Shown here: positions 17,911 to 26,519 of the stretch, piece after piece
Numbering within the stretch: the first letter of the stretch is position 1
Layout: each line of letters opens with the position of its first letter
Assembly (NCBI GenBank): GCA_001780275.1
Contig: MFGB01000023.1
Location: 69,375 to 133,374, forward strand
DNA length: 64,000 nt
Direction: 5' to 3'
Source: Candidatus Falkowbacteria bacterium RIFOXYA2_FULL_47_19
Lineage (GTDB): Bacteria; Patescibacteriota; Patescibacteriia; Patescibacteriales; UBA12075
The notes under the pieces: model-generated
Database searches by the model: none
What the model was told of the DNA's origin: nothing
Seen by the model: the letters and a program-made list of their open reading frames with translations, nothing else
Program-made: the position numbers and the translations under genes

Positions 17911-17938
17911 ATAAAAAACCCCGTTTTTCAAACAGGGC
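17911..17938 (-). terminator. Rho-independent terminator
   Basis: The minus strand reads CCCTGTTTGAAAAACGGGG followed by TTTTTTATTTTT. Confidence 0.55.
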
Positions 17939-17951
17939 TGTTTTTGTTTTT

Positions 17952-18710
17952 TCAATGGAAATCAGAGAGAAAAATATTTTTTTTGTCCAAGGCGTTAACC
18001 AGGCTTTGGCCGGAAATGATCCGGGTTTCAATTTCCGCTCCGGTAAAATGCGTCTTTAAAAAATCGTCCAGTCCGTCCGGAACGTTGATAATTTCATTCC
18101 CCAGCCAGGGATAAAAATGGAAACCGTGTTTTTCGCCAAAAACAGTGCCGACGATCCGGCGCGATATTTCGTCCAGATGATCGGCGGTATTGTGTTCCGC
18201 GCAAACCGTAAAATGGCCGTTAACGACGAGCCTTGATCCGCCTCTTTTAAGAAAATCGAAACAGGCCAGCTCCGACTCGTAATATTTCGATCTCTCCCGG
18301 ATATTGCGCGGAGCGTTATTCTCTATGCTTTCAAAAACCCTTCTTTCTTTGTCCTTGTCCCAGGGGACCCGGAACTCGAAATAACGGATAAAATAATCCG
18401 CGGTCGGCAGGATCAGGACGGATTCCCGCGTCAGATAACGCGTATACTCCTCGAAACGCTCGACCTGGAAACTTAAGACCCCGAAACGCCTTTCTTCACA
18501 TAAAAGGCAAAGCCGCGCCCAAGCGAGCTCTTCCTCGATTTTAGGTTCGGCTATCCCCGCCATTATCGGCGGCAGATTCTCCTCTAAAACAAACCAACGG
18601 CCGTTATGGAAATGCTCCTTCGCTTTTTTGTGCGGACATTCCAGACTGTTAATGAGCAGCCGGCTCATCTTATGATCCCGCTTTGCCGCCGACTTCCTGC
18701 TGATAGCCAT
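17952..18710 (-). CDS. Hypothetical protein
   Basis: A long ORF in the operon orientation. No motif recognised. Confidence 0.5.
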   Translation of the reverse strand: MAISRKSAAKRDHKMSRLLINSLECPHKKAKEHFHNGRWFVLEENLPPIMAGIAEPKIEEELAWARLCLLCEERRFGVLSFQVERFEEYTRYLTRESVLILPTADYFIRYFEFRVPWDKDKERRVFESIENNAPRNIRERSKYYESELACFDFLKRGGSRLVVNGHFTVCAEHNTADHLDEISRRIVGTVFGEKHGFHFYPWLGNEIINVPDGLDDFLKTHFTGAEIETRIISGQSLVNALDKKNIFLSDFH

Positions 18711-18858
18711 TTTCTCCTCCTCGGTTTCAGCCTAAAAAAACGAATCTGCGCGTTTTAATCCTGTTTATCTCGACCTCTACCAGGAACATATTAAGGGGCC
18801 CGGCCTGTGTATGCCCGCTCTAAGCATCCGTCCTCCCGTCAATCCCTTCTTCCGGCCG

Positions 18859-19650
18859 TTATTTTAATCCGATAGTGGCGACGACCGGTTTGTGGTCCGA
18901 AACCTTGATTTCCGATAATATGCGGTAAGACAGGAATTCAAGTTCCGGGGACACGAGGATCCAGTCGACCCGGCGCCCGATCTTGGGGCAGGTCGGTATT
19001 CTCATTTCCGGAGCGTAGGTTTTAAGGTCCAGCCGGTCGCACAAGCGGCGCAAGGACGATTTTTTATGGTGCCATTCACAGTTAAAATCCCCCATGACGA
19101 CCATGGGCCGCCGCCGCGGATAAAAAAAGTCCATGATCTCGTCGGCTTGCCGGGAACGGATCCGGCTCCGGTAGCAATCGAGGTGAAGGGAAACGATATC
19201 CACTTCGGTTTCCGGCCGTCCGGGCCAGACGATCGTGCCGGTTACGAACCCTTTGCGGAACATGGGCGGGGACGGATCGAAGCTTACCGATCGCGAATCG
19301 CTCATGGGCAACCGGGAGAGCAGGGCCGTGCCGTAAAGCAGGTTCAAGCTCAGTTTCGGCGCGAGCTTCGGCCGGTTCACGTGCTCCCCCTGGATAGCTT
19401 CGCGGTAACCGGCTTTAGCGGCCAGATACGCGATATGGTTGAATTTTCCGCTCCAGAGAGCGCATCGGTCCGCCTCCTGCAGGGCCACGATATCGGCTTC
19501 CTCCGTCCGGTGGAGGAATGCGATCTCGTCAAGATTCTTCTCTATCCTTGTCCGGCCTTGAAAGACATTCCTCCGAAAAGGGTTTTTTTGCCCGATCTTC
19601 CACCCATGGCGGATATTCAACGTCATGAGCTTTAATGCTTGTTTATCCAT
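18859..19650 (-). CDS. Endonuclease/exonuclease/phosphatase (EEP) family protein
   Basis: Motifs LMTLNIRHG, IVALQEAD, VVMGDFN and SDHKPV. The start is placed at MDKQ, 10 nt after GGAGGTG. Confidence 0.8.
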   Translation of the reverse strand: MDKQALKLMTLNIRHGWKIGQKNPFRRNVFQGRTRIEKNLDEIAFLHRTEEADIVALQEADRCALWSGKFNHIAYLAAKAGYREAIQGEHVNRPKLAPKLSLNLLYGTALLSRLPMSDSRSVSFDPSPPMFRKGFVTGTIVWPGRPETEVDIVSLHLDCYRSRIRSRQADEIMDFFYPRRRPMVVMGDFNCEWHHKKSSLRRLCDRLDLKTYAPEMRIPTCPKIGRRVDWILVSPELEFLSYRILSEIKVSDHKPVVATIGLK

Positions 19651-19741
19651 AAAAAAATGCCACCTCCGGCGCATATAGCTTTAATAATATTTTTATCATA
19701 CCTCGCCGCCGCTGTCAACCTGGAAAAAGGTTAAAATAACA

Positions 19742-19770
19742 TAAAAAAACGGTTAAATGAATAACCGTTT
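19742..19770 (-). terminator. Rho-independent terminator after nadE
   Basis: The minus strand reads AACGGTTA-TTCATT-TAACCGTT followed by T7. Confidence 0.7.
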
Positions 19771-19821
19771 ATTTTCGCGTTTTACATATTGGTCTGGCTT
19801 TTTAACGCTCTGCGCAGCCGG

Positions 19822-20793
19822 TCAATCGACCAAACCCTCTGCCCGCAGGATGTCTCGCGACAAGCCGGGAGCGGGTTCGACCTTATGGCGGGTTTTTTCT
19901 TCGATCAGGCGCAGAAAGGCGATCAGTTCCGCCTGTTCCCGGTCAAACCCGAGTTCGGCCATCATGCGCTCACGGGGCCAATCCTTTTTCTTGCCCGTGA
20001 TAACGCCCTCGGCAAGATTAGCTTTAAGCGCCCAGGCGATATTACCTTCGGTCGAAGCCGTACCATAGGATAAGGCTATATTAAAGCCTTCCCTCTGCGC
20101 CCAACCGGTAAGTTCATTCTCGTCGTTATGAGCATCGCCGCGCGCTAAAAGATCGGCGGAAGGAAGTTTATTGGCGATACGTTCCAGAATCGGAGCAGAC
20201 ATCTCTCCGGCCAGATAAACGGCGATTTGGCGCACTTCCGACTTAGTCAGGCCGTTTAAGATATTATTATCGACGGCTCCGTCGCCGAACTTATCGAAAT
20301 ACCGCAGCAGATCGTCTTCTTCCATGTTGCCGGTCCCGAAAATCCTTCCCCCGCCGTTATCGATCGCCTTGGCGATAAAACCGGCCATAGGCGTTGTTAG
20401 ACGTGATTTCAGGGAGGCGTATGCGTTGTCCCAGCCGGCCGCGGCCGCATCGGGCGTATTCTCGTCGTGCCATGGTAATCCGGCGGCCGCGAATTGACTG
20501 AAGCATTGCCGGAGAAATTCGTCATAAATCGGGTTGCCGTCGATCTCGATCAGCTTAAAGCCGAGAGCGTCGCGCAAGGCGCGGATATCGTTCCGGTGTT
20601 TCGGATCGGAACGGACATCGCGGTAAAGGACTGCGGTATTGTCCGGACCGAACGCACGGACGAGGATCGCCGCTATAACCGAAGAGTCGACCCCTCCGGA
20701 GCCGGCCACGAAAACCTTTGAACAGCAGCTACCCAGTTCCAACGCCCGACTTTCGAGTTTTTGCACGATTTTAGAGATTGGTGCTTTGAACAT
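19822..20793 (-). CDS. nadE: NAD+ synthetase-like PP-loop ATPase
   Basis: A PP-loop (VAGSGGVDSSV) and NadE-like downstream blocks (GTGNMEEDDL..., KSEVRQIA). At 323 aa it is longer than typical NH3-dependent NadE. Confidence 0.75.
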   Translation of the reverse strand: MFKAPISKIVQKLESRALELGSCCSKVFVAGSGGVDSSVIAAILVRAFGPDNTAVLYRDVRSDPKHRNDIRALRDALGFKLIEIDGNPIYDEFLRQCFSQFAAAGLPWHDENTPDAAAAGWDNAYASLKSRLTTPMAGFIAKAIDNGGGRIFGTGNMEEDDLLRYFDKFGDGAVDNNILNGLTKSEVRQIAVYLAGEMSAPILERIANKLPSADLLARGDAHNDENELTGWAQREGFNIALSYGTASTEGNIAWALKANLAEGVITGKKKDWPRERMMAELGFDREQAELIAFLRLIEEKTRHKVEPAPGLSRDILRAEGLVD

Positions 20794-20873
20794 AATTTTT
20801 CTCCTTGGGTTATTTTCTATATGAACCTGGTTATCGACAAAAGACGGCGGGATAAATTCCTGCCGCGGGTTGT

Positions 20874-21836
20874 TTACGACAGCAAGGGCCTGATGGCGTT
20901 CGCGTAAAGGCCGCTTATATCCGCTCCGATGAACTTATCCATATTAGCGACCAGCGGGTTCCGGCTCATCGGGTGCGAATTCGTATGCACTACCCATTTT
21001 AAAGGCGAAGCGATGATCTTTTTTATCACCTCATCGCTATTCGGGGCCAGATGGCTCAAAACGGCCGAAACGCTTCGCGCGCCTTTGCTCAGGTAGGCAT
21101 TGGCGGCATCGATCAAAGTCTTGAAGCTGCGGCTCATGTCGTCGTAAATGATGACGTTTTTTCCGTCCACGTCTCCGATCACGAGGTCAACTTCCGTTTC
21201 TTCCCCCCGCCTGGTTTTATGGACGAAAGCCATGTCCGGAACCTTGAACCGTTCGGCGAAATACTTGACCCAGAGCGGTCGCCCGAGATCGGCGGAGGCG
21301 AACATGAAATCATTGAACCGTATCTTTTCGAGGGCGCCGACCAGAAGGTCGCCGCCGTAAAGCTCAAAGCGCAGGCAATCCCCCTCGTAATAATGCACCA
21401 GGCCGCCGACATGCAGATCAAAGTGGAAAAAAGCGTTGCCTAATCCGGTGTTGGGAATACTGGACAATATCCTGATATTCGCTTTAGCTGTGACGATCTC
21501 GCCGGGAAGCACCGCCCGCTCCATGGTCGAATAACCCATGAACGGGATCAAGAATATCCGCCTGGCGGTACCGTAACCGGCCAAAGCGCAACCCACCCGG
21601 TAAAGCTCGTGAAAATCCTCGTCGGTATTGGTACTGCCGACAAAGATCGCGGTCCGGCCGAATAATTCGGCGCGGTCATCGATGCTTAAGCGGTAATACC
21701 TCTCGCCGCCGCCGAAGATCTTTCTTTCAACGCGTCCCACCGTCGGAATGCCGAGTCTAGCGGCTACCAATTCGGCGAAATACAAAGAAGCTTCGGTGGA
21801 AAATATCGCTATCTTCTTCCTGTCGGACTTTTTCAT
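20874..21836 (-). CDS. prs: Ribose-phosphate pyrophosphokinase (PRPP synthetase) homologue, divergent
   Basis: The layout is Prs-like (IFSTEASLYFAELVAARLG..., IPFMGYSTMERA, VIIYDDMSRSFKTL). The flexible-loop motif reads GYSTMERA where canonical Prs has GYARQDRK. Confidence 0.7.
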   Translation of the reverse strand: MKKSDRKKIAIFSTEASLYFAELVAARLGIPTVGRVERKIFGGGERYYRLSIDDRAELFGRTAIFVGSTNTDEDFHELYRVGCALAGYGTARRIFLIPFMGYSTMERAVLPGEIVTAKANIRILSSIPNTGLGNAFFHFDLHVGGLVHYYEGDCLRFELYGGDLLVGALEKIRFNDFMFASADLGRPLWVKYFAERFKVPDMAFVHKTRRGEETEVDLVIGDVDGKNVIIYDDMSRSFKTLIDAANAYLSKGARSVSAVLSHLAPNSDEVIKKIIASPLKWVVHTNSHPMSRNPLVANMDKFIGADISGLYANAIRPLLS

Positions 21837-21875
21837 GCCGCACCTCCGATAAAATATTAATTTACAAAGAACGCT

Positions 21876-21962
21876 CCCTTATTATAAACGCCCGGATGAG
21901 CGGTTATAATAAGGGGGCGGCGGGACGCAGGGACGATCATCCGTCTCTGCGTTCCCGCCGCC
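21876..21962 (-). promoter_or_regulatory. Two adjacent strong hairpins in the leader of prs
   Basis: The first is a 12-bp perfect stem: cccttattataa (21876-21887) with ttataataaggg (21904-21915). The second is a ~15-bp GC stem: ggcggcgggacgcag (21916-21930) with ctgcgttcccgccgcc (21947-21962). The RBS GGAGGTG and the ATG follow on the minus strand. Confidence 0.6.
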
Positions 21963-21970
21963 GTTTAATA

Positions 21971-22414
21971 TTACTCCGGCAAATTTAACAATTTCTCCCG
22001 CCGGTCCTTTATCTTTTTCCTGAGTTTTCGGGCCTCGTCCCTGGTAAGCGCGGCCGCGCGGGCCATATCCGCTTCCAGCTGATAGATTTTCTTCCAACCG
22101 TTACCGCGGCGGCCTTGCGTAATACGGGCCTCTTTAATGCTGGCTTTGGCCCGCTCTAATTCAGCTTGGGCGGAAGTGAATTCGCCCTCTGCCCGCCAGT
22201 GGACCGCCTGTTTGATCCGGACGGAAGCTTCGATCAGATAAGGTTCGGCATTCGCTTCCCGCCGATAAGACGGCCAGAAAAAAATCCCGACCAGCATAAA
22301 GATCGCCAAAAGCGCCAGAACCATGCACTTTAAATCTTTCCGCCAGTCAAACCACGCTTCGCCGTTGTAGTCTGATCCTTCCGGACCGTGATTGCAATCG
22401 TTTTCGTCGTACAT
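21971..22414 (-). CDS. Membrane-anchored coiled-coil protein, unknown function
   Basis: One TM segment (MVLALLAIFMLVGIFFW) followed by charged helices. The RBS GGAGGTGA overlaps the upstream TGA stop. Confidence 0.5.
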   Translation of the reverse strand: MYDENDCNHGPEGSDYNGEAWFDWRKDLKCMVLALLAIFMLVGIFFWPSYRREANAEPYLIEASVRIKQAVHWRAEGEFTSAQAELERAKASIKEARITQGRRGNGWKKIYQLEADMARAAALTRDEARKLRKKIKDRREKLLNLPE

Positions 22415-22418
22415 ATGA

Positions 22419-22871
22419 TCACCTCCCGAAAATTCTCGTTTCTATCTTCCCCTGGACTAATTCCAGGTCCTTCTCCTTCAGGCCGGCGTTTATTTCCCGG
22501 CGATAAAAAGATGAACTGCGCCAATATTTTCTTTCGTCGTATTTAAGCGGCGCCGGCCGAAACGGGCGCCAATAACGGCTGACCCTGAAAGCGGCGCGTA
22601 TTCCGAATTCATCCAGCAAAAAACCGTAATAAGTCGTGCGGTTTCCGACCGGATGCCCTCCGCCCTGGATAAAAAGCCTGTCGCCGGAAGATCTTATTCC
22701 GTCCGCTTCTTCCCGGAAAATATGCCAAATCTCATCCCGGGCCTCTTTTTTCAGAAAAAAATATTTTTGCCTTTCGCTTAAGAATCTCCCGCCGCGCCTG
22801 GATAGGCGGTGGCAGGCGGATAAAATCTCGCGACCCGCCGTCAAACACGGCAAAATAATTTTCGCTTCCAT
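22419..22871 (-). CDS. Hypothetical protein within the NAD cluster
   Basis: 150-aa ORF with an AAGGAG RBS. No motif recognised. Confidence 0.45.
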   Translation of the reverse strand: MEAKIILPCLTAGREILSACHRLSRRGGRFLSERQKYFFLKKEARDEIWHIFREEADGIRSSGDRLFIQGGGHPVGNRTTYYGFLLDEFGIRAAFRVSRYWRPFRPAPLKYDERKYWRSSSFYRREINAGLKEKDLELVQGKIETRIFGR

Positions 22872-22993
22872 GATAACTCCTTGAAATTTTACTTGTTTTT
22901 GGTTTAAAGAACGTCTCCTCGCTGCAAACGCTTAAATATTTTAAGTGTTTATAGTAAGGGGCGGAAAAAGTTTTCTCCGCCTTTTTTTATTTT

Positions 22994-24247
22994 TTAATAC
23001 TTGCAATCTTCCTTAAAAGTTACGTTATAGCCGATCTCGGCTTTTACTTCTTCAATATCGGCCGGCGCGCCGATGGCTTTGGCGATATTATCGGAAGTTT
23101 TGACCGTGCCGCGTCCGTTGGACCAAACCGCTTTCGAAACGATCGACGGCGTCGGAATCCCGACGTCGTTAGTAAGGTCCGTCCCCCAGCCGTAGCCGTA
23201 ATTCATAAGGCTTGTCACGTACTGGGCGTACTCGGCCATAGCTTCAACCGTCAGACCATCGGAAAAGATCACGCCCGTCTTCATCGGATCCAGGCCTGTT
23301 TCCCGGCATTTACGGAGAACCTTCCAGACGTATTCGTCGGCCGGACCGGAATCATGCCGGAAAAAATTCCACCAGGCGAACATCTCCGCGTTCATATTCT
23401 GAAATGCGAAATCCGTGGAATAGGTATCGGTCAGGGCGGTCATAAGAGCGGGCGCGAAAAGTTCGTGCCACTGTTCATAGACCTTATTCTGGGAAAAGGC
23501 CACCCGGTTATCCCGATCATGATAGACCCCGAAAAGAACCTGGAAAAGCGAGTGTGCCATCGTGCCTTGCGGAACCTCCCCTCTCTCCAGGGCCAGCGCC
23601 ACGTTAGAGGTGCCGATGACCTGATCGGGCAAGATCCTGCGCAGGCGGTAATACACTTCCCTTTGCCACCAGAGGCCATGGAAGCGCCGCCGGGTGCCGA
23701 ACTCAACGATATTTTTGATCTCCGGATGCTTCTTTAAAAAAACTATCTTGGCATCCAGATTATCCAAGCCCTCGAAGGCCACATCCGCGACATCAAGCTT
23801 GTATTTCGCCATATATCCCCGGCCGAAAAGGCTGGAAACGATGGATAGCTTCAGGGTTTCCCAAAGCTCCACTTCCGTCCATTTTCCCTGAGCTTCGATC
23901 TTCGGGTTGTCGCCGTCAGCACTGATAGCGAGTTGTCCGAAGTCCAGCTTGAGATCTCCCAGAAATTCCATGAAATCAGGAAAACGCCCGAAGATATTGA
24001 CGCCCTTGATATTGATCTGCGCGAGCTTCGTCAAATCGGCCTTGTCGATCCGGAGCGTGGAAACGTGATGCAGTTCCTCGGCCAACTGATCCGGATCAAT
24101 ATATTCAAGCAGAGGCAGGCTCTTGGTCCGGTTCTTGAAAGCATACCTGACCGGCACGTCCGGATAGTACCGAAAGGCGAAAAGAAGCATGAAAAGCTTA
24201 TAAGCGTCCAAATCTAAAAGCGAATTAATGATCCATTTCTTTTTCAT
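22994..24247 (-). CDS. pncB: Nicotinate phosphoribosyltransferase (PncB type)
   Basis: Blocks align by eye with E. coli PncB: SLLDLDAYKL, GKWTEVELWET, EFGTRRRF, GTSN, GTMAHSLF, ALTDTYSTD, RHDSGP, VIFSDGL. Confidence 0.85.
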   Translation of the reverse strand: MKKKWIINSLLDLDAYKLFMLLFAFRYYPDVPVRYAFKNRTKSLPLLEYIDPDQLAEELHHVSTLRIDKADLTKLAQINIKGVNIFGRFPDFMEFLGDLKLDFGQLAISADGDNPKIEAQGKWTEVELWETLKLSIVSSLFGRGYMAKYKLDVADVAFEGLDNLDAKIVFLKKHPEIKNIVEFGTRRRFHGLWWQREVYYRLRRILPDQVIGTSNVALALERGEVPQGTMAHSLFQVLFGVYHDRDNRVAFSQNKVYEQWHELFAPALMTALTDTYSTDFAFQNMNAEMFAWWNFFRHDSGPADEYVWKVLRKCRETGLDPMKTGVIFSDGLTVEAMAEYAQYVTSLMNYGYGWGTDLTNDVGIPTPSIVSKAVWSNGRGTVKTSDNIAKAIGAPADIEEVKAEIGYNVTFKEDCKY

Positions 24248-24257
24248 GAATCACCCC

Positions 24258-25283
24258 CTACGAGTATAATTCACGGCTGAATTCATCAGCCAGGGTAAAT
24301 ACCTCGTCCCGGTTACTAAGTCCGTCCGCGAGGCGCGCCGGGAATAACCTATCTCCGTTAAGCGCGCCGAGCATGGAGGCCAGGATCGATCCGTTCGTGT
24401 CCGTATCGCCGCCGGCCGACACTACGTCGTAAAGCGATTTAATGGAATACGGGTTCCGCAGGAAAAAGGCGTAAATAAAAGGCAGGCAGTCGTAAATATA
24501 GGCTTGACCGCCACCGAAACCGTTTATAATCTCTTCGTCGGTCAAACGGTTGTTGTCAAGTCTGATGCGTGACGCCAAATCCTCCAGCCGGGAGAACAGA
24601 CTATCTTTGATCTTAGGTACTCCGTATAAGCCGGCACAATAATATCCGTCATCACAGCCGTCCAAAATAGCGGCCAGAAATTCCAGATGGCTGAAGTCCG
24701 CGGCCCTCTCCAGATTCAAAAGATAAACCAGAGCATAAAGCTGAGTAAAAGTAGCCGCTACCGCCATATCGGAGTTATGCGTCATGACCGTGAACCTGAT
24801 CAGGTTATCCCGATCTTTTTCTTCCAGTCGGCCGAAAACGGACAGAGCCGGATAGTGGCGCGCGAAATAAGCCGCCACCGGACCGGTTTTCATAAGCACG
24901 CCGTTCCCGCCGCTCCCCTTAACTCCGGCTTCGCGCCAGAGCGAGCCTTTGACCATGTTTTTCATCGCCTGCCTGGTAGTGCGGCCCCAGCCGAAAGTTT
25001 TACCGTCCCAATAAGCTTCCAAAAGCCGGCTGGCGATATGTTCCGGATCAAAGCATCCGCAACCGATGATCGACCGGGCGACAATAGCGCTTTGCTGCCA
25101 ATCGTCCGTTATGCCGGACTTAAGACCCTTGAACCATTTGTGATCCGCGTCCGGATCGATATAGCCGGTTATCCGGCCGTGTCGACCGCGGATCTTGGCC
25201 GCGTCGTAGGTTTCGACCGCCATCCCGAGCTGGTCGCCGATGGCGACGCCCTTAATAAGGCCTCGAATCTTATCCTCTCTCAT
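24258..25283 (-). CDS. ADP-ribosylglycohydrolase family protein
   Basis: N-terminal GVAIGDQLGMAVE and C-terminal GGDTDTNGSILASMLGA, both hallmark ARH/DraG motifs. Confidence 0.85.
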   Translation of the reverse strand: MREDKIRGLIKGVAIGDQLGMAVETYDAAKIRGRHGRITGYIDPDADHKWFKGLKSGITDDWQQSAIVARSIIGCGCFDPEHIASRLLEAYWDGKTFGWGRTTRQAMKNMVKGSLWREAGVKGSGGNGVLMKTGPVAAYFARHYPALSVFGRLEEKDRDNLIRFTVMTHNSDMAVAATFTQLYALVYLLNLERAADFSHLEFLAAILDGCDDGYYCAGLYGVPKIKDSLFSRLEDLASRIRLDNNRLTDEEIINGFGGGQAYIYDCLPFIYAFFLRNPYSIKSLYDVVSAGGDTDTNGSILASMLGALNGDRLFPARLADGLSNRDEVFTLADEFSRELYS

Positions 25284-25307
25284 GATTCCTCCAGGTTAAC
25301 CGTTCGT

Positions 25308-26336
25308 TTATTGGTTCATAAGTTCGTAACCGCGCGCGAAATCATCGTTATTCATGCCCATGGCCCGTTTGATCAGGATATCGCGGTCGAATGGATTCTT
25401 CGTGTCCCGGAATTCTTCCAGAAGCCCGGCAGCCTTAAGTTCGGTCAGAAATGGCCTGGAGCTTACCCGGATCGGATAATCCGAACCATAAACGATCCGG
25501 GAATGGATAATTTCATCGGCCAAAGACGCTTTAAGGCGCGCTTTCCGGTGCACAGAAGACATGCCGGCCGTATCAAAATAAAGATTGGCCCGCGCTTTTA
25601 CCATAATTTTCATCAAATTAAATTGCCCGGATCGATTAACGTAAGGCGTTCCGCCGGCTAAGTGAGCCGCGCAAAGACTTACGTTTTTGGAAAGCGGCAA
25701 CCCGAGTCTTTCTAAACGGGCGTATAACCTCTTTAAAACCGGCAAGGCAAACTCAAACCCGACGTGGGTCAAAATCGTAATACCGGCATCCCGGGTCAGA
25801 TCATAAAACTCGTTGATATGCGAAGAATATTCTTCAACGCGCCGGACCGGGAAATAAGCGCCTCCGTCCGGGCTGAAGCTCATGACAGAAGGCAGCCATT
25901 TCATAATCTTAATTCCGCGCTCAATGCATTTAGCGAGCTCTTCCCGCCAATCGGCGCGGACCGGGTTGATCGAGGCCGCCGGGATGATCTTGTCCGGACT
26001 TAAACGGTGTAATTCCCAGACCGCGTCATTACTTACGTATAGTGATGTATGTGTTTTATCCAGCTTTCCGTCGAGATCATAAACGCCGTCAAAGGGCAGC
26101 ACCACGACATGGGACAAGGCGGATTCTTCGATATGGCGAAGCATCGCGTTGCGGTATTCCTCGTGCAGCCTTTCAATGTTATAAAAATAGGGGTCGTTCA
26201 AGTCGTACGGATCAACGCCGATCCCTTTAAGATAAGAATTCATCCGAAGACTTCTGATAAACTGGGTGTTTACAAAGCCGTCTTTGAGATCAAATGCAAA
26301 AAGGTGGCAGTGCACATCTATGATATTTCCGGCCAT
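25308..26336 (-). CDS. Metal-dependent amidohydrolase (TIM-barrel, amidohydrolase_2-like)
   Basis: N-terminal IIDVHCHLF metal-binding motif and a late GSDYP motif. Confidence 0.65.
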   Translation of the reverse strand: MAGNIIDVHCHLFAFDLKDGFVNTQFIRSLRMNSYLKGIGVDPYDLNDPYFYNIERLHEEYRNAMLRHIEESALSHVVVLPFDGVYDLDGKLDKTHTSLYVSNDAVWELHRLSPDKIIPAASINPVRADWREELAKCIERGIKIMKWLPSVMSFSPDGGAYFPVRRVEEYSSHINEFYDLTRDAGITILTHVGFEFALPVLKRLYARLERLGLPLSKNVSLCAAHLAGGTPYVNRSGQFNLMKIMVKARANLYFDTAGMSSVHRKARLKASLADEIIHSRIVYGSDYPIRVSSRPFLTELKAAGLLEEFRDTKNPFDRDILIKRAMGMNNDDFARGYELMNQ

Positions 26337-26442
26337 TTATTCTCCCTTCGCTTTTTAGTTGTTTCTATTTAAAGAGCTATCCATAATGTCCGAAGATCTG
26401 ATTTACCTCCAAACCACATCTCTGAACACTAAAAAGTTACGA

Positions 26443-26518
26443 GCCTGCCCCGTGATCCCGACGCTTCGGGATTTTACGGTGCCTGCCCCGTGATCCCGAC
26501 GCTTCGGGATTTTACGGG
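26443..26518. repeat. Two tandem 38-bp copies of a nested hairpin, starting 1 nt after the nadD-nadK stop
   Basis: The unit is gcctgccccgtgatcccgacgcttcgggattttacgg(t/g), at 26443-26480 and 26481-26518. The two copies are identical except for the last base. On the minus strand the first copy folds CCCCGU-AAA-AUCCCGA-AGCG-UCGGGAU-C-ACGGGG; in the second copy the outer stem is shorter (CCGU with ACGG). Confidence 0.9.
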
Positions 26519-26519
26519 G

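Noticed and set aside
21840-21975. NAD+ or PRPP riboswitch in the prs leader
   Set aside because: The hairpins do not match the conserved cores of the nadA, pnuC or ykkC-subtype motifs as I remember them. I retained the structure only as an unclassified feature.
24687-25661. 324-aa plus-strand ORF spanning the ADP-ribosylglycohydrolase/amidohydrolase junction
   Set aside because: It is antisense to two genes with clear family motifs and RBSs, and it crosses their intergenic gap. The composition is Arg/Pro-rich and no motif is present.
26443-26518. Possible minimal CRISPR, or an attL/attR pair
   Set aside because: There are only two directly abutting 38-bp units with no spacer, and no integrase or cas gene nearby. 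It is better described as a duplicated hairpin element.
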